A stretch of 62,408 nucleotides of DNA, counting the filler, from Rhizaria sp. SCN 62-66 (lineage: Eukaryota), in NCBI GenBank assembly GCA_001724265.1. It is 4 parts of 4 records of this genome, joined end to end, with 100 filler letters (N's around TTAATTAATTAA, not from the genome) between each part and the next. Parts side by side here need not be neighbours in the genome. Positions count along the whole stretch, not along the records: positions 1 to 21,159 come from MEDY01000703.1; positions 21,260 to 36,862 come from MEDY01000705.1; 2 more parts are not named here. One strand, 5' to 3'. The position numbers were made by a program, and so were the translations under genes. Below the pieces are notes generated by a model. That model did no database searches and had not been told where the DNA came from. It saw nothing but the letters and a program-made list of their open reading frames with translations. This document shows, piece by piece, positions 12,401-23,749 of this stretch (within the stretch, counting starts at the first letter, position 1; every line of letters begins with the position of its first letter).

Positions 12401-15269
12401 CAGCGTTTGAGCCTGTCATGGAGACAGTATCACTCGCAGTGTCACGATTTCTTTGGATGTTGGCGTGGCCGTTACTATCCGCATTTGCGTTACTAATGTT
12501 GAGCGTTCCAGAAGCGGCAACAGGTTTTGAACTCAAGACAGATACAGTCGTAGACGGAGCTATTGGTGTCGTTACAGAATCGCCGACGGCAGTTTTCGGG
12601 TCAGAGCTTGGACCTAGCAGTGTTGCTGCAAGCTTCTGCGCGGCCAGCAGCCTTGCCCGCGCTGCCAACTCTTCGCCGTCTGCGATATCTCCAGCGTTTG
12701 CAACATTGGAACTCGCCACGCCACTGTTGTTAACATTGCCGTTGGCATTATCAGGGAAGTTAGACATCGTCGGCGCGCGTGAGTATGCAAACACCTCCTT
12801 ATCAGACGCCCAATATCCTCCGGCAGCAGTATTGAGCTGTCCAATGCTTCTGTATCCGCCACTCTCATCCTTGCTCTTGAGTGCGGCTGCCGTCGCCGCC
12901 GCAGCAGCGTCCGCCGCCGCCGCCTCAGCCCGGACGCGCCCGCTGTTGCCTAGCATCGACGTCGCCGCGGCCGTGGCGGCAGCGGTGGCGGCGGCGCCCT
13001 CGTAGCCCAGCCGCTGCACCATCGCGGACGACAGTAGCGGTAGCGGCGGGACCGTCTGGCGCGGCGTCCGCAGCTCGCGCTCGAGCTCCAGCTGCTGCGC
13101 CTGGCGCTGCTGCTGTTGCTTCTTGGTCAAACCACTCATCAGTTGTTGCTGTTGGGTGTCTTGCTGCAATTGTTGCTGCAGCTGTAGCTGCTGTGATTTG
13201 ATGAGACTCGCAGTAACAATCTCACTTGTGGCAGCTGAAGTGCTGCCTGTGTAGGTGCTCGCATCGGTGCTGTCCGCTGTGTTGACAGCAGCAGATACGG
13301 ACGGAGGCAGCGGCTGTTGCCGCGGCAGCACAGACGCAACCTCAGTCCACGGCGCAGACGCCAGCGCTACTGCGGCATGCGTCCGGCGCATCCGCGTCGA
13401 TAGAGAAGCATCGCTAATGGCAGCGGAGTCGAAGTTACCAGAGCTCGAAGACATGCCGTTGTTAGTTGCTCTTGCGGTCATTGCAGCAAGCTCGAACCCA
13501 AGCCCAAACTCCCCTGCGCCAGCCGCGTCCTCGCCTTGGTAGTTCTCCTGTCCCTCTGCAGTGTGCAGCCGCGACAGGTCCAGCACGTCGCTGACCGTGA
13601 GCGGTGCCGTGGCGCTTAGGCCGGCCATTCCCGCCCCGGGCGCCGCGGCCGCAGTGTCTGCACGGCGGCGGGTGGCCTCGTACGTGTCGTAGCGGTCTGC
13701 GTACGCCCTGGGAGGCACGGCGGCGGCGCCGGACAGCAGCAGCTCGTTAACGCTGTCGTTCGCGTCCGCTGCCGCGCTGGCGCCGGTGGGCGCGCTGGCG
13801 CCGGTGTGAGTGGCCGGCGGCGGCAACAGCTTCGCCATTACTCTCCCGCCGCCGTTCTTACCAGAGGTATGGCTACCAGCGTTTGCGTTGTTACTGCTGG
13901 AATTGTAGGTATTGCGGTAGACCGAGAGAGGATCCGTGGCGAGAGAGGCCAGGTACGTGTGTCCCTGCCGGTCCCGGTCACGCAGCTTCTCCAGCACCAC
14001 CATCACCTGCCCCTGCCGCTGCCCCGTCCACCGCAACTTCGCTTCCACGCTCTCGTACAGCGCGAACAGCTCCGCGGTCACGCGCGCGCGCAAGGCCGCG
14101 CGGTGACGGCCACGGTCGCTTGCGGCGCGTTCCGCCGCGGCCGCAGCAGTGCCCGCGCCCGCTGCGGCGACGGCGACGGGAAAGACGTCGAGCAGGGGCA
14201 GCGGCGGCGGCAGCTGCGCCGCCGCGGCCTCGGCCACGACGACCGCGGCCGCGGCGGCTGCCTCGGAGAGCGATACTGCCGCCTTGGCAAGGGTCGACCG
14301 CAGCAGCGCGTGGCGGTGGTCGCAGTCAAAGCGGGCGCGCGCGGCCAGCGCGGCGTCGGCATTGGCGATGGCGGAGGCCGGCGCGGGGGCGGCGGCGGCC
14401 ACGGCCGAGGCCGCGGCGGCGGACGCGGCGGCTGCAGCGGCCACAGCAGCGTCGGCCTCAGCCTTAAGGATCTCAGCGGTCTTCGCAGCGGGCGGAAAGT
14501 AGCGACGCGAGGGCGCGACACGACTGTCTGCGGCCGCAGTCGATGACGAAGATGCCGAGGCAGAGTCTGCGGTAGCTGACGGCGATGACGGAGACGAAGG
14601 TGTGATTTGAAGCGCAATAGCAGATGCGGCAGAGGCGGTGCCAATGCGACGGATGTGCTCGGCGAGGCTCAACGGGCGCGGCACGTGCTCGGCCACAATG
14701 GCATTTCTAGCGGCCGTCGCAGCATCAGCTTTAGCAGGAGCGGGAGTCGAGGCGCTGGTGCTCAGAGCAGCGGGGGTGCGCCCAGTATCAGTTTGCGTGC
14801 TGTTCTGCGCATTGTTAGCGCGGGACTGAACGACATCAGAGCCGCTGCGAGTGCTTGTGGGGTTATTGGCCGAGTCGGGGATAACTGTGGCGTCTGAGAG
14901 AGGAATGCCAAGCTGCGACTCGAGAGATCGCAGCCGGGTCTCGAGACTGATGCACTGCAGCTCGCTCGTTAGCAGCGCGTCAATCATCGGTGGAATGGCA
15001 ATAACAAGCGCAGCGGGGCACTCCAGAAGGGGAAGTGTGGTGCGAGGCAAAGAAGATGCAGATGCACCAGAGCTAGAGAAATAGCCAGCACCAGGGCCAA
15101 CACCACTTGTTGCTGTGTCGGGAGCTGGTGCTGACAAAAGGCGTAGGAGTAAGTGCTCTGCGGGGGAGGAGGGGGGAAAAACATGCAAAAGATGGTCTAA
15201 AACCAAGGCTGAGTCGTTCTCCCCGACCCCAGACGCGCCGCGGTGCGGCGTGTCGGAGCGGCTCGACAT
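477..15269 (-). CDS. Giant (~4930 aa) Ala/Ser/Gln-rich low-complexity protein of unknown function, with one in-frame TAG at 7500-7502
   Basis: ORFs 7500..15398 and 477..7421 are in the same frame and are separated only by TAG plus 26 open codons (KNNNTNNSGAKSDPSG...). The likely start is ATG 15269, just after a TTTTCCACAG acceptor-like tract. The gene ends in TAA. No domain recognised. Confidence 0.7.
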
Positions 15270-16134
15270 CCTGGCGCTCTTCAGTAACCGAAGCTCGCTG
15301 TGGAAAAACAAGACTTGATGAAGCACAACAAGGACAAAAGTGAGAGGCATATTATTAAAAGTTGAATGAGAAAACGGTACAGTTTGCATTGTAACCAAAT
15401 TTCACAGGGCCTGACGAAGACTTTCGAGCACGCATAACGCATTTCGTTCGGCGACTTCCGCCCACGGTCAACAGCTTCGCCAGAGCAACTGCACATTTCT
15501 CAAATGGAGTGCTAACGATGATCATTAAGCTCAATCACACAGCGCTGTGACTTCTTGAAGACAACCTCGTCAGAATTCTGTTGCAATATGCAGCTCTGCA
15601 GTTGGTTATTGTCGTGCATTCGTCCTTGTCACTTGGTTCATGCGCGCTGTCGGACATCCACGTATGCCGAAGAGACCGACGCTTGTTGGGTGTTAAAGAC
15701 ACACAGATGATATGTTATGAGAAACAGAGGTTGTTATAACATGTTTTAGGGGCTTCATTACTGGTTTGCCTTTGTACATTTCTTGATGCCATAACTGTGC
15801 TGTCTATCAGTCAACTTTAGTAGGCGTCCCAGAGCTGCGGCATTGCATCCTGCTTTGCTTCAGGGCATTTTTATCCATGACACGAAACTAAAACTTTATT
15901 TATACGTTGTCATATGGTGGTGTTTGCTGTAGCTATTGCATATTCCGCTCTATGCTTGCTTGGCATTGATGACGCGCTTCTGCTCCTTTGCAACGCCAGG
16001 TCAATTTGAGTCAACATACCACATGATGAGCGCATGCCACAATGCTATGTTACACACTTGCATTCAAACCACTGACAACTTGAAACTCGCATTTTTATTC
16101 TTATTTTTTCAAATATAGCCGGCTTCCCACTGCC

Positions 16135-19100
16135 ATGTCTCATCCGTCCCATACCAGTGTGGAGATGGGGCACATGGGCAACAACGTGGAGGACGACTTT
16201 ATCCGCATCGCAGGTCTCGATTACACGGCAGAGGAAGTCGACCCTTTGCGCGCGCTCTGGCGGAGCGTGAACAATCCCGAATCTTCTGACGTGGACCGCG
16301 ACACTGCGCGCGTGGCTTTCTAGAAGTAGCGGACGCGCCTCAAGCAAATCGTCGCCGCGCGCGCGGCGATGCAGCGCCGCCACTGGGGCAACGTCTCTTG
16401 GCTCGACATCGTGTTGCAACGCTGGCTTACGCCCGTTATTACGCTTGCGTACCGCCACACCGTCACTGAGAGCGACGTCCCCGCGCTGCCCCACGCTGAG
16501 GGCGCGGCCGGCGTGGCGAACGACTTCAACCGCGAGTGGCAGCGCGAGATCGAGCGCGCCGTGCGTCTGCGCCAGCCGCCGTCGGTTGTGCGCTCGCTTG
16601 TACGGAGCAGCATCAAACCTTTCTCCATGATTGCGCTGTACGAGGTATTGCTGTACGGAGCGACGTTCATTTCTCCGTTTCTCATCGACGCTCTCACGAG
16701 CTTCTTCGAGCGCGCGGGCAACGGCGAGCCCACAGACGCGAGCGAGGGCTTACTCTACGCACTGGGGCTCGCGCTCGTTGCGCAGATTGCCGCGGCTATG
16801 GCTGTGTTCAAGTTTTTCTACATCACGATCTTTGGGCAGCGCATGCGCTCCATGGTGATGATGACCGTGTTCGACAAGTCGCTTGCCATCGCGCCCTCGG
16901 CCGCGGCGCAGACGACGACGGGCGAGGTCATGAACCTTATGGGCAACGACGCGCAGAGGCTGGCCGGCGTTGCGATGGTCACGCACATGACTTGGATTTC
17001 ACCCACCGTGATCTTCGTGTGCATGATGCTTCTGTGGACCAAGATTGGCCCCACTGCGCTCGTCTCCATTGCGCTGATGCTCATGCTGCTTCCGATGCAG
17101 ATGCTTGTCGCGCGCCTGGTGGGCAAGAACCGCCGTGCGACGCTCGTGTTCACTGACGCGCGCGTCAAGCAGGTCAACGAGATGCTGCAGGGCGTGCGCG
17201 TGATCAAGCTCTACGCATGGGAGGACGCCGTGCGCCGCACGCTGGCGGCGATCCGCGAGAAGGAGCTCCGCTTCATCCGCAACGGCCTGCTCTATCGTAT
17301 GCTTAACCTCGTCCTGCTGTTCGTGTGGCCCGCGTTAGTGACGTACCTTACCACGGTGGCGTACGCGCATCTTGGCAACGATGAGTTGGATAGCAACACC
17401 ATCTTCTTCATCCTCTCCTTCCTCAACGTCGCGCGTCCCCCTATTACGCTTATGCCCAACATCATGCAGTCGTTTGTCGAGTTCTTTGTCGCTGCACGCC
17501 GTGTATCCACGTACCTCACGCGCGCCGAGCTCCCCCAGCGCCCGCTGCTCCCCGCGCCGGCGCGCGCGCTCGCGCCCCAGCCGACCTCTACCGCGTCCAC
17601 GGCGATTACTGCGACCTCGGCCGGTGCGGGCAGGGGTGCGGTGCAATATGCTGCCGCCATGCCCGCACCGTCACAGGCGACGCTGAGCGCGTCCCTCGCG
17701 CTCGTTCCGCCCTACGCCACTCGCTTCGCCGTCGCCATGCGCCACGCCGCCTTCTCCTGGTCGCGCGCGCCGCTCTCCAGCGACGCCCCGCCCGTGCTCG
17801 CCGACGTGTCCCTCGCCCTGCTGCCCGGCTCGCTGACCGCGGTTGTGGGTCCCGTCGGCGCGGGCAAGTCGTCGCTGATCTCGGCCATTCTGGGCGAGAT
17901 GCACCTCCACGCCTCCGGTGACTGGGCGCGCGCCGCGGGCGCCGTCCCGTCGGGACTCACCGAGCAGGAGCGCGCGCTCTGGCATCTGGCAGCGCGCGGC
18001 GAGGCGCGCGCACCAGAAGCTGCGCCCGCCGTGCCCACGCAACGCCAGCGTCCTAACGCAAACGTGTTCAGCTCCGCGACTGCGGCCGCCCGCGGCGCAG
18101 GCACTGGCGTCGAGAGAGAAGAGCCCTGCGCGCTCTCGCCCGACACTGGGCTGCCGCTGCCGGCGTCGTTCCTGGAGCTGCCCGCGGCCGCGTACTCGAC
18201 GGCGATGCCGCCGCCGCCACCGCTGGCCGCGGGGCCCGACGGCGTGCTGCTGACCGAGCGCCCCGCGGCGGGCGAGCTCGACTGCTCGGACCCGCGCGCA
18301 GTGCTGCAGCTTGTCTGCCTGCGCGGCCGCGTCGGCTACCTCGCTCAGGACCCGTGGATCGTGCACGCGACCGTGCGCGACAACATCACGCTCGGCCTGC
18401 CGTACTCGCGCGCGCGCTTCGACGCCGTCGTCGCCGCGGCGGCGCTGTCGCCCGACCTGGCAATCCTGCAGCACGGCGCCGACACGGTCATCGGCGAGCA
18501 GGGCGTGAACCTTTCGGGCGGCCAGAAGGCGCGCGTCGCCATGGCGCGTCTGCTGTACCGCGCGGACCTGCTCGACGTGGTGCTGCTCGACGACCCCTTC
18601 TCCGCCGTTGACATGGGCGTCGGCAAGCACATGTGGGAGAAGTGCGTGCTGGGCGTGCTGCGCAACAAGACGCGCCTCATTTGCCTTAACTCGCACCTCC
18701 ACTTCCTGCGCCAGGTCGACGCCATCGCTGTGCTCGACACTGCTGCCGGTCGTGGGGCCTCCGCACCGACGACGCCCGTTCACGCCAACACTCAAGCTGC
18801 TCACGTACACGACATTGATCTCGACCTCAGCGTCGATTCAGGCGCCAGCCCTGTCGCTGGCGCTGGCGCAACCAATGCTGCGGTGGGGCTTGTCTCGGAC
18901 ATGACTCGCCGGCCCGTGACGACGATTGTTGCGCAGGGCACGTATGCAGAGCTGGTGGCGGCGGACGTCGAGTTTTCTCGCTTCGAGCACCACAACGAGG
19001 ACCACGACCCCGAGGAGCAGCCCGCGACTGGAGATACTGACAACGAGGACGACGAAGACAACGACGATGACGAAAATGTTCTGCCCGAACCTGACAATAC

Positions 19101-21159
19101 TGCGATCGCGCATGAGATCGTTGATGTCGAAGAGTCGGAGGCCGAAATCGACGAGAGCGAGTCTAAGAGTGATGCTAAAGTCACATCGCCCGAGACCGTG
19201 CGCCGTAGCTCTCTTGATGCACCTCGTGAGCGTGGGCGCGCGGCTAGTTCTGAGAAGCGCGGTCCCCATCATAACGCCGCGCAACCGCAGCGCCCCAAGG
19301 GTCACGGTGCGCCTGCCGGCGGTCGCCGGGGAAAGATTGGCGAGGAGCGGATGGTTAAGGGCGATGTTGGCCTTGGCGCCTATGCAACCTACTTCCGTGG
19401 CGGCTCATCCTTCCAGGTTATGGTGCTGAAGCTCAGCGTGATGGTTGTGCTGGCGCTGCTGGCGCAGTCGACGCGCATGCTGGTCGACTTCTGGGTTCTT
19501 GAATGGGCCAACGACTCTCCTGAATCTCCGACAAGCGCACACACACTGTCGTGGTGGGAAGGCACCAGTGGCATCATCATCACGTCATGCTTTGCTGCGC
19601 TGTTCCTGCGTACGTTCTCGTTTGTGTACACAAACATTTCGGCCTCGCGCAGTCTGCACGACAGCAACTTCGACCGCGTGCTGCACGCGCCCATGGGATG
19701 GTTCGACGTCACGCCGCTGGGCCAGATCATGAACTGCTTCTCCAAGGATATGGACGCTGTCGATGTCACTGTGCCTGATAGTCTCGTCACCGTTGCGCAG
19801 CAGACACTGATGCTCGTCGGTATTGTTGTGCTCGCCTGCATGTCGACCCCTGTGTCCTTGTTGCCTTTCGCCGGCATTGCTGTGCTAATGGGCTTGGCAG
19901 TTGTTTACTTCCGCCGCTCGCTCACACAACTCAAGCGTTGTGAGTCCCGTTCCTTTTCGCCTGTGTACGCCTCTTTCTCGTCGGCGACTAAGGGTGCGAT
20001 GACGATCCGTGCGATGGCGCTTATGCAACAGTTTACGGCGACGCACGAGGCGCTGCTGGACGTCAACACTAAGCTTTGCTATATCTTCAACTTTGTCCAG
20101 CGCTGGCTTTCGTTTCGACTTGATACGCTCTCTTGCGTCTACATCTTTATTGTTGGCGCGCTCGGCGTGGCATTGCGCGGCAGCGTCAATCCCCGCGTCG
20201 CCGGTCTCGCTGTTGTTTACGCGTACCAACTCACAGGTCTGCTGCAGTGGACCGTGCGCTCCGCGCTTACGCTGCAAGCCGCCTTCACCTCCGTTGAACG
20301 AATCGATCAGTACGCACACATCCCGCAAGAGCCTGGATACCGCACCACACCTGACGCACGCATTGCCGTGCGCCGTGCCGCTGCTGCCGCTGGTGTTGAT
20401 CTGTCATCATTCCCCATCGAAGTTACCAATGGTACTCCGCACATCGCGACGCACTCTGTCACCGTTTCCGCGCCCTCCGCGCCGTCCTCACCCGCTCGCG
20501 CCTATGCCCGCTTTGAGGGCGATGATAGTAGCAGCGTTGTGTCTGAGGCTGCGCTGACTGCCGCGGCGGTTGAGGACGCGCCGACGCAGCTGTACGGATG
20601 GCCGTGGCGTGGCGCGATGCGTTTCACGCGTGTGACGATGCGGTACCGCTCCGACCTGCCTATTGTCATTCATGACCTCTCGTTTGCGCTGCCGCCCGGC
20701 AAGAAGGTTGGCATCATCGGCCGCACCGGCGCAGGCAAGTCCTCACTGCTACTCATCCTGTTCCGCATGGTGGAGCTCTCCGCGGGCCGCGTTGAGATCG
20801 ACGGCGTCGACATCTCTACTCTCGGTCTCGGCGACCTCCGCGCGCGCATGTCTATTATCCCACAGCAGCCGACGCTATTCTCCGGCACTGTGCGCTACAA
20901 CCTCGACCCCTTCGGCCACCACAGCGACGCCGAGCTGCTGACGGCGCTGCGCCGCGTGCAGATGCTCGAAGTCGTCGAAGCCATGCCCGGCGTGCTGCAG
21001 GCGCCCGTCAGCGAGTTCGGCGGCAACTTCTCGCAGGGCCAGCGCCAGCTGCTGTGCATCGCGCGCGCGCTGCTGCGTAACAACAAGATCATCGTGCTTG
21101 ACGAAGCCACGGCCGCCGTCGACCCGGCGACTGACGCGGCGATCCAGAGCACAATCCGC
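16135..21159 (+). CDS. ABCC/MRP-type ABC transporter (TMD-NBD-TMD-NBD), 3'-truncated by the contig end, with two in-frame TAG at 16321 and 16327
   Basis: Walker A GPVGAGKSS, signature LSGGQKARV and LLDDPFSAVD in NBD1; GRTGAGKSS, NFSQGQRQL and IIVLDEATAAVD in NBD2. The upstream ORF 16135..16323 (gccATG, GC3-rich) is in frame with 16369.. Confidence 0.93.
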
Positions 21160-21259
21160 NNNNNNNNNNNNNNNNNNNNNNNNNNNNNNNNNNNNNNNNN
21201 NNNTTAATTAATTAANNNNNNNNNNNNNNNNNNNNNNNNNNNNNNNNNNNNNNNNNNNN
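21160..21259. other. Artificial contig spacer
   Basis: N44-TTAATTAATTAA-N44, giving stops in all frames. Genes are truncated on both sides. Confidence 0.97.
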
Positions 21260-22819
21260 CAGCAGCGCGTTAAGCGTCTGCCGGTGGTAGCTCTCCTGCT
21301 TCTTGCTGCGCGCCCCGCCCACCGCGTCGATCTCGTCGATGAAGATGATACACGGCGCCTTGGCCTTGGCCGCGGCGAAGAGCTCGCGGACCTTCTTGGC
21401 GCCAGTGCCGACGAACATCTCGTCAAAGCTAGAGCCGGAGATGAAGAAGAACGGCACGCCGGCCTCCCCCGCGACGGCCTTGGCGAGCAAGGTCTTGCCG
21501 GTGCCGGGGGGCCCGGTGAGCAGCAGGCCGCGGGGGATCTCGGCGCCCATCGAGTTGAACTTCTTGGGGTTCTTGAGGAACTCGACCAGCTCCTCGGCCT
21601 CGGCGCGCGCCTCGTCGCAGCCCTTGACGTCCGCGAATCCGACCTTGCAGTCCTCGGGCGAGACTTCGGAGAAGCTGTCCCCGCCGCCGCCGACGCCGCG
21701 CGGGCGCAGCATGGCTCCGATCAGCAGCACCAGCAGCACCATGGTCGCGAGCATCGACAGCGACGTCAGCGCGCCGACGACGGAGAACGGCATGCGGCGC
21801 GCGCCAGTTGTCGCCGGCACCGCGGCGGGGGAAGCAGCCACGTCCGAGGCGCGGGTCACGAGCGCGGCGGCGTCGGCCGTGGGGGCGCGCGCCGCGAGCG
21901 CCTGAGCCCAGGGCGCGTGCGCGAGCGTGGGAGGCACACCCGAGCGGAGGCCGCCGAATTGCTGCGCGCGCGCGGCCGTGTAGAGCGCGCGCATCGTGGG
22001 CGTGCGGGGGAAATACCCGGCCTCGTAGCGGCGCAGGAAGGCGTTGGAGGAATACTCGGCGAGCTGCTGCGCAAATGTCTCCTGCAGCGCTGCGTTGAGC
22101 GGGTCCGCGTTGGCGCGGCGCTCGAGGTCGAGCAGCAGGCGCACGTAGGGGTCCGTGGTGGCGTCGCCGTAGAGACGCGCGATGGCGGTCACGGCGGGCA
22201 GATGCGACAGCGCCGACCGCAAAGCGGTGGTGGACCGTAGAGTCCGGAAGCCGACAGTGGCGGAAAGAGACGCAGCGGCGGTGGCAGCGGGCGCGGGACC
22301 AACGCGCGTTAAGAAGAAAGACGCGGAGGAGCGGGCGGAGGAAGGCGAAGTGGAGGCCGAGGACGACGAAGTCGAAGACGAGGCAGACGACGAGGATGCA
22401 GAGAGAGCGGCGACGGTGGAGGCGGGGCGCACAGGACCGAGCATAAGAGCGTCGATCAAAACTGCCGCGTCAGACGCCGACACTGACAGCGCTGAGGCGG
22501 TCGCAGACACAGACGCAGACGCTGAGGCGGCGACTGAGGATCGCGAGGAGGCGGTGGAGCTGTAGTGGCGCGCGGCGGCAAGCTCGGCGGCGCGGCGACG
22601 AGGAAAGCGCGCGGGGACGCCCAGCGGGGCGCGCAAAGGGACGGTTGCAGCAACGGCAGGCGCGGCCGCAGAGGAGGAGGATGAAGCGGCAGCGGCGAGC
22701 GTGAGAGAAGTGATGGGGCGAGCGAGGGCAGCGGGAGCGCCAACGCTGTCCGCCTTTGCGGCAAGCGTCAAGACGCTTGGTGCAGATCCGCGGAGGATGG
22801 CCTTACCGCGATGCAACAT
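21260..22819 (-). CDS. YME1: Mitochondrial i-AAA protease YME1/FtsH family, 3'-truncated
   Basis: [45 protein letters not shown] and [12 protein letters not shown] motifs; a single TM segment; long Ser/Ala/Arg-rich presequence-like N-terminus from ATG 22819. Confidence 0.88.
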
Positions 22820-23749
22820 CCGTGCGGGCGTGGCGGGTCTGATGGGAGGACGAGATGGGTGGGTGGGGAATAGGCGGAGAATGATGCCACGTGAGAGGCG
22901 TGGTCGAATAAAGATGTCGATTGAGAGCAATACATTGTACAGAGAGAAAAAACACAAACAAGAACAATAAAACAACAGAAATAAAACAGATGAAACATCA
23001 CAAAGGCTATTGTGACGTTATCTGGTAGTCGCTGCAGAACGAAATCGGTTGCAGACTTTGCCCCACAGCCCCGAGCCACAAAAAAAGCTCCAGAGCGGCG
23101 GTCTGGACTTGGCCGCCAATTGTCACGTGTTACAGTTTGCAAAATGTCGGGCATACACCAAGAGAAAAGAAACTGTACAGAAAAATAAGTGGTTCAAGGA
23201 ATAAATTGTGGCGTGAGTTACTTGAAGAGAGATATTTGATAAACAGACATGTTAGGTTATCTGTATTGAGAGAGGATATCAAGTCAACATCACGCGTGAA
23301 ATTAAAGTGAGAGTTGACTGAGTGACATGATGGATGGGCGAGGTTGACGTTAAGAAAAGTGCACAAAAAGGACAAAACCAGAAGACACATTGCAAAATGT
23401 GGCGTCGGCACTCATTTGGCGCTGGGAAATCAGCGATAAACGATCGTGCGCGCGACAGGCGCGGTGACAGGTGACGGCTTGTGGATGGAGAATGAGAGAC
23501 ACAACCAAAACGGATACGTATGGTAATGCAAGTATAACGAGGCGAGAACAATACATGAAACAGAAGACAAGATACGAGCTGTTATTCAACACAAGCAAGT
23601 CAACCATTGCTCAACGTGAGATGCTTTGTGGATGAACATGACGAGGCTCGAGGTTTACACATGCTTTACTTTCGTAAAAGTGGGGTTCATTGACACTCTT
23701 TCAAAGTGCAGCTTGCATGGGAGCTTGGATGTGAACTTAGATCTACAAC

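Noticed and set aside
16135-21159. ABC transporter as a pseudogene
   Set aside because: There are no frameshifts or TAA/TGA stops, all catalytic motifs are intact, and the truncation is due to the contig end.
21204-21215. TTAATTAATTAA palindrome occurring three times
   Set aside because: It is an artificial all-frame stop linker inside N spacers, so adjacency across it has no biological meaning.
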